Origin: Vitrella brassicaformis CCMP3155
Lineage: Eukaryota; Protista; Chromerida
Assembly: GCA_001179505.1 (NCBI GenBank)
Contig: CDMY01000507.1
Span: 1-61,949, forward strand
Direction of reading: 5' to 3'
Length of the DNA stretch: 61,949 nucleotides
Every line of letters begins with the position of its first letter. The first letter of the stretch is position 1. The position numbers and the translations under genes are program-made. Shown piece by piece: positions 24,881 to 37,300 of this stretch. The notes beneath the pieces were generated by a model. That model was not told the origin of the DNA and did no database searches. It saw nothing but the letters and a program-made list of their open reading frames with translations.

Positions 24881-25928
24881 TACGGCGGCCCTCTCTCTTG
24901 GCACCACCCCGCTCCCTGCCCAGTCAGTGGCCTGCCTGCCTGCCTAGTGGTGCCCGCGACATGAGCACACAAAGGGCCGGCTGTCAGGCGGCCTTTGTGT
25001 GTAATGCGGGCTGGTCCGGCTTCGGCCGGACAGCTCGTTTCATCAGCGGGGACCATGACGGCACGGGAGCGCAGCACCACAGGGCAGAGAGGGGTGCTTG
25101 AGTGGCTGGCTGGGCATGGTGGGATGGGCTGGATGGATGAATGGATGGGCAGGCAGGCAGGCAGCTGAGGAGGCCACCGCCTCAGCTGCCGTGCGCACCG
25201 TTTGTGTGGATTGGATTGATGGACTGAGTTGTGGATAGACAGGCGGGACGACTGCTGCATGTCATGTCGGTTGATACTTATGTGCGTGTGCCAAGTGTGT
25301 GTTAACAGACGAAAGTACATATATACACACATGGTCGGTCATCAGTCGATGGCCACACGTGGACGGACGGACGGGCGTATGCATATCGGTGCGTCCGTTC
25401 ATTGATTGGTGCCTGCCGGTGTGTGGACATACGTACAGTACACTCCACACACCATTACATTACCACACACAGCCACATCTTTTTGCTTGTCCAGATTTAC
25501 AAGACGGAGACGGGGGGCTGTGCCAGCCCCTTCCTGCGTGATGTGCCTTCGGTGCAGGCCTTCTGTTCTGCTCATTTCGAATGGCATTCGCCGCAGCCCT
25601 CTTCTCTTCAGAATCTCTCACTGACGCAGCCCGTGTTGGCTCGTTCGCCATGCCGCACAGCCAGGAAGGAGCTGAGCTGCCCACGTCGCCATCCGTGTGG
25701 CACCCCATCGACCTGCCGGCCCCATGCAGCTGCGCTCTCTCACGTCGTCGTCCACCGCACTCCCACGAGCGGCTCTCCCCCACTTCGTCTGACATATATA
25801 TGTGTCGGGGAAGATATGTGTTGGGTTTTTGTATAGTAGGCCATTTTCCCATATGCATGTAAATTCCCTTCGGATCTGAGCGAAAGAGGGAAGTAGGAAC
25901 GCGAAAGAGGAGGGAGGACCGTAGCACC

Positions 25929-28092
25929 ATGGCTGAGGCCCAGGCAAGGACAGCACTCACACATGGGGAAAACTGCATCCCTCATCCGCCATCTCTCATG
26001 CGTTTGGAATTCTTTCCTGCAGCAGCCTCACCAGCAGCGCGGCCGAAATGCTTCGTGCAGTTCACTGTCCTCTGCCGCTCGACCCAGCCTGGCGAGCAGA
26101 TGTACGCGGCGGGCTACGCGTTTGGCGGTTGCGAGAACCGAGATGCCTTCGTCAAACTGACGTGTAAGGACACGTGGCCGACGTGGCAGTCCGAGGAAAT
26201 CGAGGTCGTACCACCGGCGAGCGGCCAGGTGGAGTACAAGTACGTGATCATGAACCCCAACGCCCAGCCCAAGTGGGAGGAGGCGTACGGCTCCTTCGGG
26301 CAGCATCGCACCGCGCGCGTCGAGGCGGGCCACCTCACCACCACATACGACCAGTGGAACGTCGTACAGGCGTGCAGCGCGCCCAAGTGCGTGCCCATGA
26401 CTACCACAGACACGACCGACTCAGGTGAGCCGACCCAGAGAGAGAGAGAGAGGGAGGGAGGGAGGGGGGCGGAGGGAGGTGAAAACGCCCATGGATGTGC
26501 GTGTGTGTGTGTGTGTCGATGCATCCATCATGCAGTTGATGGCAAGAGGAAGGGCGGCGCCATAGACGCGGAGGGATCCGACAGCCGCGAGAGGGTGGGG
26601 AGGGTTGGGAGACCACCCTTGCACCGACCAACACAGCAAACCTGATCGTGTGTATGAGTGGGTGTCAGGCTCATACCGATGAAGTAGCGTTGGACCAGGC
26701 GGAGGAGACCGATAAGGGGGTGGCTGAGGTACGCCATGCCCGCCGCGTCGGTGTGTGTACGTATACGTGTATGTGTGTGAGTGTGGATTTGTGTGTGTGA
26801 CGCCATGCAATTGTTCGAGGGAGGAGATTTCGACCATAGCGACGTGTTGGCGGGCGGAGGGGCTGCCGAGGAGGTATGGAGGGAGGGAGGGGTGGCACAC
26901 GCGAACCAACGAATGCGCATCTGTGGCCATCTGTGTGTGTGGCTGGTACACAGGCGGCTGTTAGCGTTAGCGTTGGCGAGGTGTCTGCTGCCGCTGCCCA
27001 GGAGCAGCCGCAGGTGCAGGACCAGGTAACATGACACACTGACGGACCAATGCGCATTTCCGCCTGCATGTGTGTATTTGTCTGTCTGTGTGTGTGTGTG
27101 TGGCGTCCAGGGGGTCCAGGCTGGCGAGCATACCAATGTGTTGGCGGGCGGAGGGGCTGCCAAGGAGGAGCAAGAGGAGGAGCAAGAGGACGAGGAAGAC
27201 GAAGACGAAGAGGAAGAGGAAGAGGTAGGGATGTAGGGAGGGAGGGGGGGTGGGGTGGGACACACGATCCAACGAATGCGCATCTGTGGCCATGTGTGCG
27301 TGTGTGTGTGTGTGTGTGCATCTGTGTGTGTGGCTGGTACACAGGCGGCTGTTCTTAGCGTTGGCGAGGGGTCTGGTGCCGCTGCCCAGGAGCAGCCGCA
27401 GGTGCAGGATAAGGTAACATGACACACACTGACGGACCAATGCGCATTTCCGTGTGCATGTGTGTATTTATCTGATGGGCGCCATTTCATCGTCTGTCTG
27501 TGTATATGTGTGTGTGTGGCCTGCATGGCGTCCAGGCTGGCGGCTTCCGGACGGGAGCGGTCAGACACACAGACACTCATTCACACACAGACAGACAGTC
27601 ACTCCGTGCCGCAGCATCCATGTGTGCTGTTCGTGCGATGGATGGATTCCTTCAGATGGACGATCATGAGATTGTGGACCACTACAACAAGCGGACCAAG
27701 GCCGAGCAGCGCCTCTTCGACAGGGCGTTTGAGCTGATAGACCAGGGGCGAGCGGACGCCGCGCTGGACTTGTTCATACAGAAATGGAAACAAGCACCGG
27801 TGACTGACGGCACACACCGACCCAAACACGCCAACACAACCTGAATACACACGTGTCTGTGTGTGTGTCTGTGTGTGTGCAGGAGGAGCAGTCGTTAGAG
27901 GAACTCAGGGAGGACATATGGCCAAGCGAGGACGACGATGCCGAGCTGGTCGCCCACCACCAGCAGTGGCAGCAGAAGCCGGACAAGATAGGCAACGCCA
28001 ACACGACCCTGAACGACTTCATCATCAGCCTCAAGAGAACCAACGTCAGGAAGCTCAAGAGACACATCGGCTACCGCTCAGACAAACCGTAG
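25929..28092 (+). CDS. CBM20 (starch-binding-like) N-terminal domain protein with an acidic repeat linker and a lineage-specific C-terminal helical domain
   Basis: VQFTVLCRSTQPGEQMYAAGYAFGG...KLTCKDTWPTWQ...VEYKYVI...KWE matches the CBM20 pattern (V.F.V...T..GE....G; WP.W; EYKY; WE). The final exons are paralogous to 7711-8140. Confidence 0.65.
26860..27540 (+). repeat. Tandem duplication with a period of about 390 bp, covering two exons plus introns
   Basis: tggctggtacacaggcggctgtt...gccgctgcccaggagcagccgcaggtgcagga occurs at about 26940 and 27330; gacggaccaatgcgcatttccg at about 27041 and 27431. Confidence 0.85.
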
Positions 28093-29762
28093 CGTGGGCA
28101 GCAGCACATACCGATATTGATCTCTCTCGACCTCTGGTGTGGGCGGTAGCATTGTGACAGACAGACAGATGGACGGGCGACTGACTGACTGACTGACGGG
28201 CGGGTGATTGACGGGCGTGTGTATACATACATACATTCCATGGATGGACGGATGGATGGACCCATGTGCCTGTGAATCATGGTGTGCCATCATGGCCGGC
28301 TGGGAGAATGAATTCAATGCCTCATTATATACTTAGTCGTGTGTGAGGGTCCGCATCGACACACCACAGCGCAGCGTACCACACCATTGTACCAAAAAGC
28401 AACCGACCAGGCGCCAGCACCCCACTCAGGCAGACAACACACACTTAGACACACACACACGCAGAGTCTCACGCTACCATGCCATTGCACTTATGTATAT
28501 GTACACGACACACACACACACACACACAGAGAGAGAGGGAGGGAGGGAGGGAGGGGGAGGGAGGGAGAGAGAGACACCTACGCTACGGCGGCCCCAAGCA
28601 GCAGCAGCAGCAGCGTCAGCAGCCATCAAGACTGTCTGTCTGTCTGTCACCTCACCCATCCTCCCAAAGACGAACGACCGAACCGTCACGCCCAGCACAA
28701 ATGACTACGTCCTACCGGTATTGCTGTACCTACCTTCACAGAGAGGGAGACATGTGTATGTGTGTCAAGTATGCATACGGATGTGTGGTATGTGTGGATG
28801 GACACACACACGGATGTCTGTGGTTAAATTGGCGTGTGCGTGCGTGGTCCAATTGGTGCCGTCTCTCTGCTTGCTCTCTGTCTGTCTGCGAGTCATTTCG
28901 GCAATCGTGCAGGCAGGCAGGCAGGCAGTGGAAAAAGATAGTCAATCCCTCTCAGAGATACGACAAACAAGTGGTGTGTATGTATGTATGCACGTATGTA
29001 TGTGTACGTGTACGGATGGCTGGTGTACGTGTGATCGACCATGCATGTGTAATGGTGTAAAGTACATGGGACCGGTCAGCCCGCCAGCCTCAGGGCAACC
29101 AACAAACGTACATTGTGGAGGGCATCTGAACGTGTGTATACCATCGATCCATCCATGCATCCCATATGCACTCAGGTACCCAGTCAGTGGCGCCTGTGTA
29201 CGCCCATGGCATGGCCAGCCAGTCGAGTCAGTCGGTGCGAAACACGTCATACAGATGCACACACGCAGGCATACACGTACCGTACTGAGATAGACATCAA
29301 AAAGTGCAAGTCCGCCAAGCTGAGGATTGAAAGCCTCATTGATTGCGGGATTGTCCGTGTGTCCAGCCATCCGTTGATCGGTCTATCTGACACTACCTGC
29401 CTACCACGAGACACACACGCACCCGATCCGCATGCACAGAGACGAAGCGACGTACAGCAAAAGCGAGGACCAGAAATCGTCGCCTCAGTGGGTGGGTAAG
29501 TGGCTCTGTGAACCATCGACACAATGAATGCACGAGCGGAAAGGGGTAGGTGAGGGCTGGCTGGCTATACACACATTGCACACACACACATCCACAGCAA
29601 GTGAAAGCGTCCAGTGAGAAATCCCCTTCCCCCTCCCCCCCTCTTGGCAAGAATCTAGATCAGCTTGTTTGTTGGATGGAACGACATGGCGCATGGTGGG
29701 TGGTGCGTGCATTCATGCATGACACGACACGACACGGCACGCCCGATGGGTGTGTGTTGTCT

Positions 29763-30511
29763 TCAGGGCACCACGTTGGGCGGCAGCTTCGGCGCCTCCG
29801 CAACGCCAGCCATCTCTGACGCAATCACACACGAGAGAGCGATGAACAATCAATCTGCGTGAGAGTGCCGAGTGTTCTTCTCGTCTCTGTGCCTACCTTT
29901 CTTGCAGTTCTGCCAGTCCAGTTCGGTGTTGACTCTCAGACACAGCCACGGGCGGCGACATGACAACTGACAGCACAAAAGGCACCGCACCAGCCAACAT
30001 CCAGGACTATCCGTGGGTGCGTGTGGCTCACTCACTCCGCCCACCTTCTTGAGTGCACATGCGTTGGTGTAGACCTGCCCGTCGCTCCCGCACACGGGCT
30101 CATAAGTACGAGGGCAGGCCATATTCGCAACGTCCTTGCAGAACTCAGGGTCCTCACAGGGGCTCGTCGCTGACCCAACCACCGTTGACACAACACACAG
30201 GACAGACGGAACAATGCCCTCCCTTCAACTGTGCGTGTTTGCCGGTGGCTACGTACCGCCATCAGTGGTGGTCTGGAAGAGGCCTCCACCCTGAGCACGA
30301 CGCGCTGGAGCCGCCCCGTCTGAATCAAACACACCAGCACACAAAGAACACATCGATGGATTTCCCAGTCTGTCGGTGTGGGTGTGTCATTGTGCGTCAC
30401 CGTATCACCGTATGAGATGAGGTCGTCGTCGACGCTCTTGGGACCCTCATAAGGGCTGCTGGCGTGGGCCAACAGCAGACCAATCAGCAGGCAAATCAGA
30501 AGCAGCTTCAT
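29763..30511 (-). CDS. Small secreted Kazal-type serine protease inhibitor (single domain, 5 exons)
   Basis: Signal peptide MKLLLICLLIGLLLAHASS. Kazal motif CEDPEFCKDVANMACPRTYEPVCGSDGQVYTNACALKK/LSCRRPWLC...C. Last exon EMAGVAEAPKLPPNVVP*. Confidence 0.85.
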
Positions 30512-30782
30512 CTCGGCGATAAGGATGATCGGCAAATGGACGCGGCGTGTTCTGGTCGAACTGAGTGGTCCAGGGAGTCGTTTGCGTTGCTTCTTTTCAC
30601 GCACAATCAAACGACACAGCAACAGGAGTCCCCCGCACGCTGAACACTTTTACTTTAGGGTGTGGCGTGTAACTAACATTTGCGCATCTTTGTGTGGCGT
30701 CAAAAAGGAAAAAGAGGGTTAAAGATTTCGTGAGCTGACCAATCTTTCCTTATTGCTGCGTCGCGTGCGTTCGTTGGTGAGA

Positions 30783-31965
30783 ATGTCAGGCGTGACAGCA
30801 GAGCAGCTGATTGAGAACCTGCGGGTGGAGATAGAGGCGCACCGCACCAGCGAGGCGGCCAGCGCAGCCCAGGAGAACGGAAAACACGAGCCGAGACTCG
30901 TCGTCATCGGGGTACGCAAACGCCACACTCGATTGGGACGGCCACGCATGGCAGCACAGGGCGGGAGGGACGACACGGAGAGAGGAGATGCAGCCAGGTG
31001 TGTTGTGATCTCACTGTCCGCCTCTATCATGGTTTGTGTGCAGGTCGACAGCAGCGATTTCAGTCGCAAAGCTGGTGAGCGCAGGCACCGCATAAGGGAC
31101 TTGAGTGGGTGACCACTCGCTGCTTGTCTGCTGTTGTGTTGTGCATCAGTCGAGTGGGCGGCCCAGAATGTTCTCAAGAAGGTATGTATCGACACACACA
31201 TACACACGGACTGCACCCAGGCAGGCAGAGACATCGGTCTCGTTGTGCGCATGCGTTGGGTGTGCTTGGTCTGTTGCCAGGACGACTTGGTGGTGCTGAT
31301 GACGATATGGGAGGAGTGCATGGAGTTCACAAGGGACGCTGGCTTCGAAATGGACACCTACGGTGCGATGGGCAACGAACGAACGAACGAACGAACGAAG
31401 GGGCAGACGCACTCATCCCGTCATTCACTTGTTGTGTTATGTGATGTTGTGTTGTCATCACTCAGGTTTGGTGATGATCCGTCGTGACGACATCAAGGAG
31501 CACAACGAGCAGGCGCTGCGTGACGGCCGGGAGCTGCTGGTCAAGACCTTCAAGAAGTACCTCAAGGAAAACACAGTCTTCCCGCTCCTCGTCAGCACCA
31601 CATCGCCATCCAAGTCCGCCATCGGAGACCTCATGTGCCGGGTGGGTGCGTCAGGGGGTGGGTGGGCTGGCCAGTGGGGCGGGCAACACACACACACACG
31701 GTGGGTACACGTGTGTGTATGGTATTGCAGGCCTCGAGTGTGATCCATGCGGACTTCATAGTGGTGGGCTGCCGGGGCCTGGGCGCCTTCAAGAGGTTCT
31801 TCATGGGCAGCGTGTCCAAGTGAGCAACCATTGTCGCAGGCAGCAATAGAGACACGCAGAAGGGTCGGCATTGCATACCTCTGTCTGTCGTTTGTGTGTG
31901 GCTGTGCGTCTGTCAGGTACGTGTCGGAGCACGCCACCCAGCCCGTTGTGATTGTCAAGGACTGA
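30783..31965 (+). CDS. Universal stress protein (USP/UspA family), 7 exons
   Basis: Spliced product: RLVVIG/VDSSDFSRKA/VEWAAQNVLKK/DDLVVLMTIW.../...ADFIVVGCRGLGAFKRFFMGSVSK/YVSEHATQPVVIVKD*. It has the USP N-terminal V.VD.S..S..A..WA motif and the G.RG...(9x)..GSVS motif. Confidence 0.93.
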
Positions 31966-33611
31966 GGGGGCGTGAAGGGNNNNNNNNNNNNNNNNNNNNN
32001 NNNNNNNNNNNNNNNNNNNNNNNNNNNNNNNNNNNNNNNNNNNNNNNNNNNNNNNNNNNNNNNNNNNNNNNNNNNNNNNNNNNNNNNNNNNNNNNNNNNN
32101 NNNNNNNNNNNNNNNNNNNNNNNNNNNNNNNNNNNNNNNNNNNNNNNNNNNNNNNNNNNNNNNNNNNNNNNNNNNNNNNNNNNNNNNNNNNNNNNNNNNN
32201 NNNNNNNNNNNNNNNNNNNNNNNNNNNNNNNNNNNNNNNNNNNNNNNNNNNNNNNNNNNNNNNNNNNNNNNNNNNNNNNGGGGGGAAGGGGGCTGCCAAA
32301 CTTCCGTCGACTTTCTATGAAGTGTGCGTAGAGGGTAGTTGGGTCGTTGCTACTGGTGTGCTGGGCTGTGTGCGTCCCTCTGTCGTTGGGATTGCGACCG
32401 AAAACGATTCCAGCAGCAGACAGACGCATGCAACCGGCAGGCCAGGCAGCGGGCAACCATTCACACACATGCGTGTGTCTTTGTGTGTGTATTGGATGAG
32501 ATGAGTATGTTCTGTAACATAAGTCCGTAAGTACGTACGTACCTAGGGTACAAAGGGATGAGAGCGATGGGCTGAAGGAAGGATTACAGAATGGGTCGAT
32601 GCCGTAGAAAGCCAGGGCTGTCTGTATTCTGTGTTGTGCTGTGTGTGTGTATGTACATTTTCCGAGGCCTGCCTGCAGGCACTGGCTGCCCATCTCACAC
32701 GTCGGTCGCTGGAGCCACGTCTGTATTTTTCCCCGCCACACTGCCTGCCTGCCTGCCCGTCCGTCTGCCCCTCTGCCCAGCTGCCTGGCTGTGGGTACTG
32801 AGTGTGCTGTGGATGGGGATGAATGGATACCCACTCCCACATACAGATCACTCTCACGTTCACGATTCGGTGCGTGCGCCTCCTCTGTCTCTCTATCTAT
32901 TTTTCTGTATCTGATCGGTTGTGGATGCCTTTTTCCTCGGCGGGCGTCTGGGGTGGGGCGACCGACTCACGAGTGCGTCGTGAATATGCCTAGCTGCCTG
33001 CCTGCCTGGCTGCCTGCCTGCATTCCTGGTTTGTGGTAGTGGTGGTGGTTGGCGCACACACAAGCATATGTAGGCAGCTGAGTTGCTCGCTGCTCTTTTT
33101 CATCATGTCTAGATGTAGGGCGGAAGAAAGCATGAGAGAGATATCGATCTGGCTGTATCGTCCGCACACGCACACCATCATCAGTTCTGGTAGTTGGTGA
33201 CAGTCCGGATGAGACACGAGTACGATCACGCGAGTAATGTCCATGCGACCGACAGATGATCCATCAATTTATCCTCGAGTGTGTGTGCGTTCAATCCATC
33301 CATTCATTCATCCGTCCATTCGCTACCCATTCACTCGCCTGCATTGTAAGAAATCCATCCACGAATATAAAATGTAGGCAACGATACTCGTTCGCCTCTC
33401 TGTCACCCTCCCTCATACTTAAGTCCTGTACTCTCCTCTGCAATGACTGCCTCCCACCTCTGTTCCCGACCTCCCGCTGCTCGACCTCCTCTTTAGTGAC
33501 CCACGGCAGAAAACACAGCTGTCACGGCAGAAAACACAGCTGTCGGTCGGGACGTTCCCTACGCACTACGCACTACGCAGCCACACACGTGAACCCCCCC
33601 CTGCCCGCCAT

Positions 33612-34300
33612 CTACTGGCGGGCGCAGGAGAAGAGGCGCCCCCACCACCCCGCGTACCCCCCCTGCCGCGCAAACTCAACGGATTCGCGCTTGGGGAGGG
33701 GCACCCAATGGGGCTGGTGGTGGTGGGGAGGTGGCATGAGTGGGGGCGGCATCAGTGGGGGTGGCATGTAGGGGGCGAAGATGTACGGCGGCGGGGGCGG
33801 CGGGAAGAAGACCATCGGCAGGGCCTGGAAGTGCACGTGTGGGTGTGGTGCTGCTGGGGTGCCGCGACGGCTGGGGGCATGGCGGCCATGGTGGGCGCAG
33901 GTTGTGGTGCCAACTGTGGCGGTGCCTGACAAACCACACGCGTACACACGTACACACACATGACTGTCACCTGGACACTTTATGAGAGTTCTCGCTCGTC
34001 AGTCAGTGTCGTGTTGTGTTGTGTGTCATGCCCACCTGCTGGTTTGCCACCGCCGCCGCTGGCCCCTGGGCCGCCTCCCACGCAGTCAGGTCGGCACGCA
34101 CCAGCTCGGCCACCTGTCTGGCCTGCTGTGTGGCCTCCCTCGCCGCGGCGGTCGCTGCCAGTGCCCCCATCTTCCTCCTGCCGCTGGCCTGCTGCCCACC
34201 ATCGCTGCTGTTGCTGCTGTCGCTGCTGTCGCTGCTGTCGCTGCTGTCGCTGGATGAGCTGCTGCTGAATGGTGTCTTGGGCGCGACGTGCTTCCCTCGT
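33612..34300 (-). repeat. Inverted paralog of the 3' exons of the 18414-21738 gene
   Basis: WVPLPKRESVEFARQGGYAGWWGRLFSCARQ* versus WVALPKRESDEFARQGGYAGWVGRLFSCCRR*. The upstream exons and intron are also similar. Confidence 0.85.
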
Positions 34301-34315
34301 CACCCTCACCCCCAG

Positions 34316-37300
34316 TTACACAACCCCCATCAGCAGCAGCGGCCTTGGGCTCCGACCTCGGTGGCGCAGAAAGGGTGGGCGTGGGTGTGGGTGGGGGCAT
34401 GTTGGGTGTGATATAAAATGTCGGCGGTGATGGATCGCCGGCACACCTGAAGTCACATCGAGACACAATGACAAACAAAAGATATTGCTGTGTCTCGGTC
34501 TCTCCCCGCCCTGAGCCTCGCACCTTCCCGCGCCAGGAATGAGGCTGCTGGCTGTCGAGGACCTCGACCTCCCTTGGGCGCCTCTTGGCTGCGGCTGCAG
34601 GCGGCGGGGCGACGGTCTCGTCCGGCAGGGCGAAGCCGGCAATCTGATGGATGGATGGATGGGCCACACCCATAACATGACACGGAGGGAGGAGTTCACA
34701 CACGTATGATGTGGGGGGTGTATTGGTTGTGTTAATTGACGGATGCGATGCAGACAGACCTGGATGACGTTCTTGAGCGTGGTCTTCTCCCTCTTCTCAA
34801 CATTGCCGCCGCTCTTGACTCTGCACACACACACAGACAGACAGACAGACAGACAGTGACGCCCCCTTATCACCCCACACGTCTGCATATGTGTCTTACG
34901 GGCGCGTGTTGGGCTGCTTACATGTTGATGAGTGTGTTGATTTGGGTCTGGATGCGCCGGTAGTCGCGCGACGGCAGCTCTCCGAAGGGCAGCGACGTCA
35001 CCATGTCGACCAACTGGCGGAACCTGAACTGGAAACTCTGCCGCCTGCCGTCTGCACGCACACCACACACACACACACACACATGATGGATGGATGGATG
35101 GATGAATCGATGGGTGTGTCAGACGTCCGTCGCCACTCACCAGGCATCTGGTTGGTCTGCTCAGTCAGCCACTTGTCCACAGCGGCCTGTCGGGTGTGGA
35201 TCAACTCCTCGCAGACCTCCTCCCACACGGGGATGTCTTGCGTGTGCCAGTGGTGGTCCAGCACGTCGGTGACCTCCTCGGCCTTGGCGTACCACTCGGC
35301 GGCCAGCTTGGCGCGCATCCTCTGACAGAGAATGGAACAGCCGGGAAAGAGACATCAGCGAATGCTCATGAGCCTCTTCCTTTATCCTTCACTCACTGAC
35401 CTTTGGGGCCGCCGGGATGCCACTATGCGATCCATGCACACCAGCCGGCGTCAATGGGGTAGGAGAGGCCCACAGATATAAAACGTAGACAGCGATCCAT
35501 CTGCACACACAGACACGGGGCGTGTTGATCAGTCGGCTTTGAGCGCTCACACACATACCCCTTGCAGATGGCTGGAACAAGGCAGCGATCCAAAGTTGTC
35601 ATCGGTCGTCAAATATAAGATGTAGACAGCGATATCTGAAGGCAAATAGATCACATGGCCCGTCGACGGCCTCGAGGAAGAGTGCATTGTCGTGGAGGCG
35701 TTTGTCGCGGTCGTCAGGCACAAAGGACCTTGCGACTCCTCGTCAAGACGCCGCTGGTCTGCTTACCTACCCCAGCCACAACAGCAAGAGAGATGCACTC
35801 CGGGATCGCTCACCGCATCCATGCATCCATCACATGTGTGTGTGGGTGGTCAGGTACCTGTGCTTCGAGAGTATGACGGCCCTCATCTCTCCATTCAGAT
35901 CAACACGCCGCAGGTGAGTGGGCTTCTCTTCCTCATCCACACCCACACCCACAGCAACTTGACCCTCGTCTACATCCATCTTGGCCAAGCCAGACCCCTC
36001 CCCACCACCACCTCCACCAACACTTCCTGAGCTTACCCGAATATCGAATGAATCTACCCCCTCCCTCCTTCNNNNNNNNNNNNNNNNNNNNNNNNNNNNN
36101 NNNNNNNNNNNNNNNNNNNNNNNNNNNNNNNNNNNNNNNNNNNNNNNNNNNNNNNNNNNNNNNNNNNNNNNNNNNNNNNNNNNNNNNNNNNNNNNNNNNN
36201 NNNNNNNNNNNNNNNNNNNNNNNNNNNNNNNNNNNNNNNNNNNNNNNNNNNNNNNNNNNNNNNNNNNNNNNNNNNNNNNNNNNNNNNNNNNNNNNNNNNN
36301 NNNNNNNNNNNNNNNNNNNNNNNNNNNNNNNNNNNNNNNNNNNNNNNNNNNNNNNNNNNNNNNNNNNNNNNGCCTTTCTGTGGCGGGTTGATCCTCTCAT
36401 TCACCTGGCAGGCATGTGATGGGTCTGCTTCTTGAGCCATGTCTTGACGGCGGCCTCCCGCACCTCGATGACCTCCTCGCAGAGAGAGCTGCGCCACGTG
36501 CGGGTGATCCTTGTTGGACAAGTACTGCTCCATGGCGTGCTGCAGCCACGAAGACAACACAGTATGTAAATGAAGTAGAGATGGTACACACATAGCTTAC
36601 CATTCGGTGCGGCACCTTGAGGCCGATAGATGGCCGCCGAAGCGGCCAAGTATGCGTAGTGAAACAGAGGAAACACAGAGGAGACATGAGACAAGTCTGT
36701 GCTTTATTCTCTTTTTTCTCCCTTATGTACTTACGCACCTGAGTGGCCTTCAGGGCAATGCTTGCGCAACGTCGAGGGGGATGAAGGAATCCGCGAATAT
36801 AAAATGCAGGCGGCGATGGATCGCCGGCACACCTGAAGTCACTCACATCGAGACACAATGACAAAGGAAAGATATTGCTGTGTCGCGACCTCGTGTGTGG
36901 CCTTCCTTCCTGACCTCCTCGGCCTCGGTCGCAGGGGGGGCTGGCAGGCATAAGCACGGGATGGGCTTAGACGACGCGGCAGGGCGGGAGGGGGAGCGCC
37001 TGTTAGGGGGAGGAGGAGGGGGGCGGCCACGGTCACGTCCCCGTAGGGGTCAAGGAGGGACCGGTCGTTCTCGTGCAAACAGACGGAGAAGAGACATCAG
37101 CGAATGTTCATGAGCCTCTTCCTTTATCCTTCACTCACTGACCTTTGGGGCCGCCAGGATGTCACTATGCGATCCATGCACACCAGCCGGCGTCAATGGG
37201 GTAGGAGAGGCCCACAGATATAAAACGTAGACAGCGATCCATCTGCACACACAGACACGGGGCGTGTTGATCAGTCGGCTTTGAGCGCTCACACACATAC

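Noticed and set aside
26421-27580. Minus-strand ORFs of 223-350 aa with repeated peptides
   Set aside because: They are antisense read-through of the + strand tandem exon/intron duplication.
28100-29700. Long ORFs such as 28343..29293 and 28479..29060
   Set aside because: They are translations of AC/TG/GA microsatellite-rich non-coding DNA (THTHT, CVCVC, REREG), with no codon-like bias.
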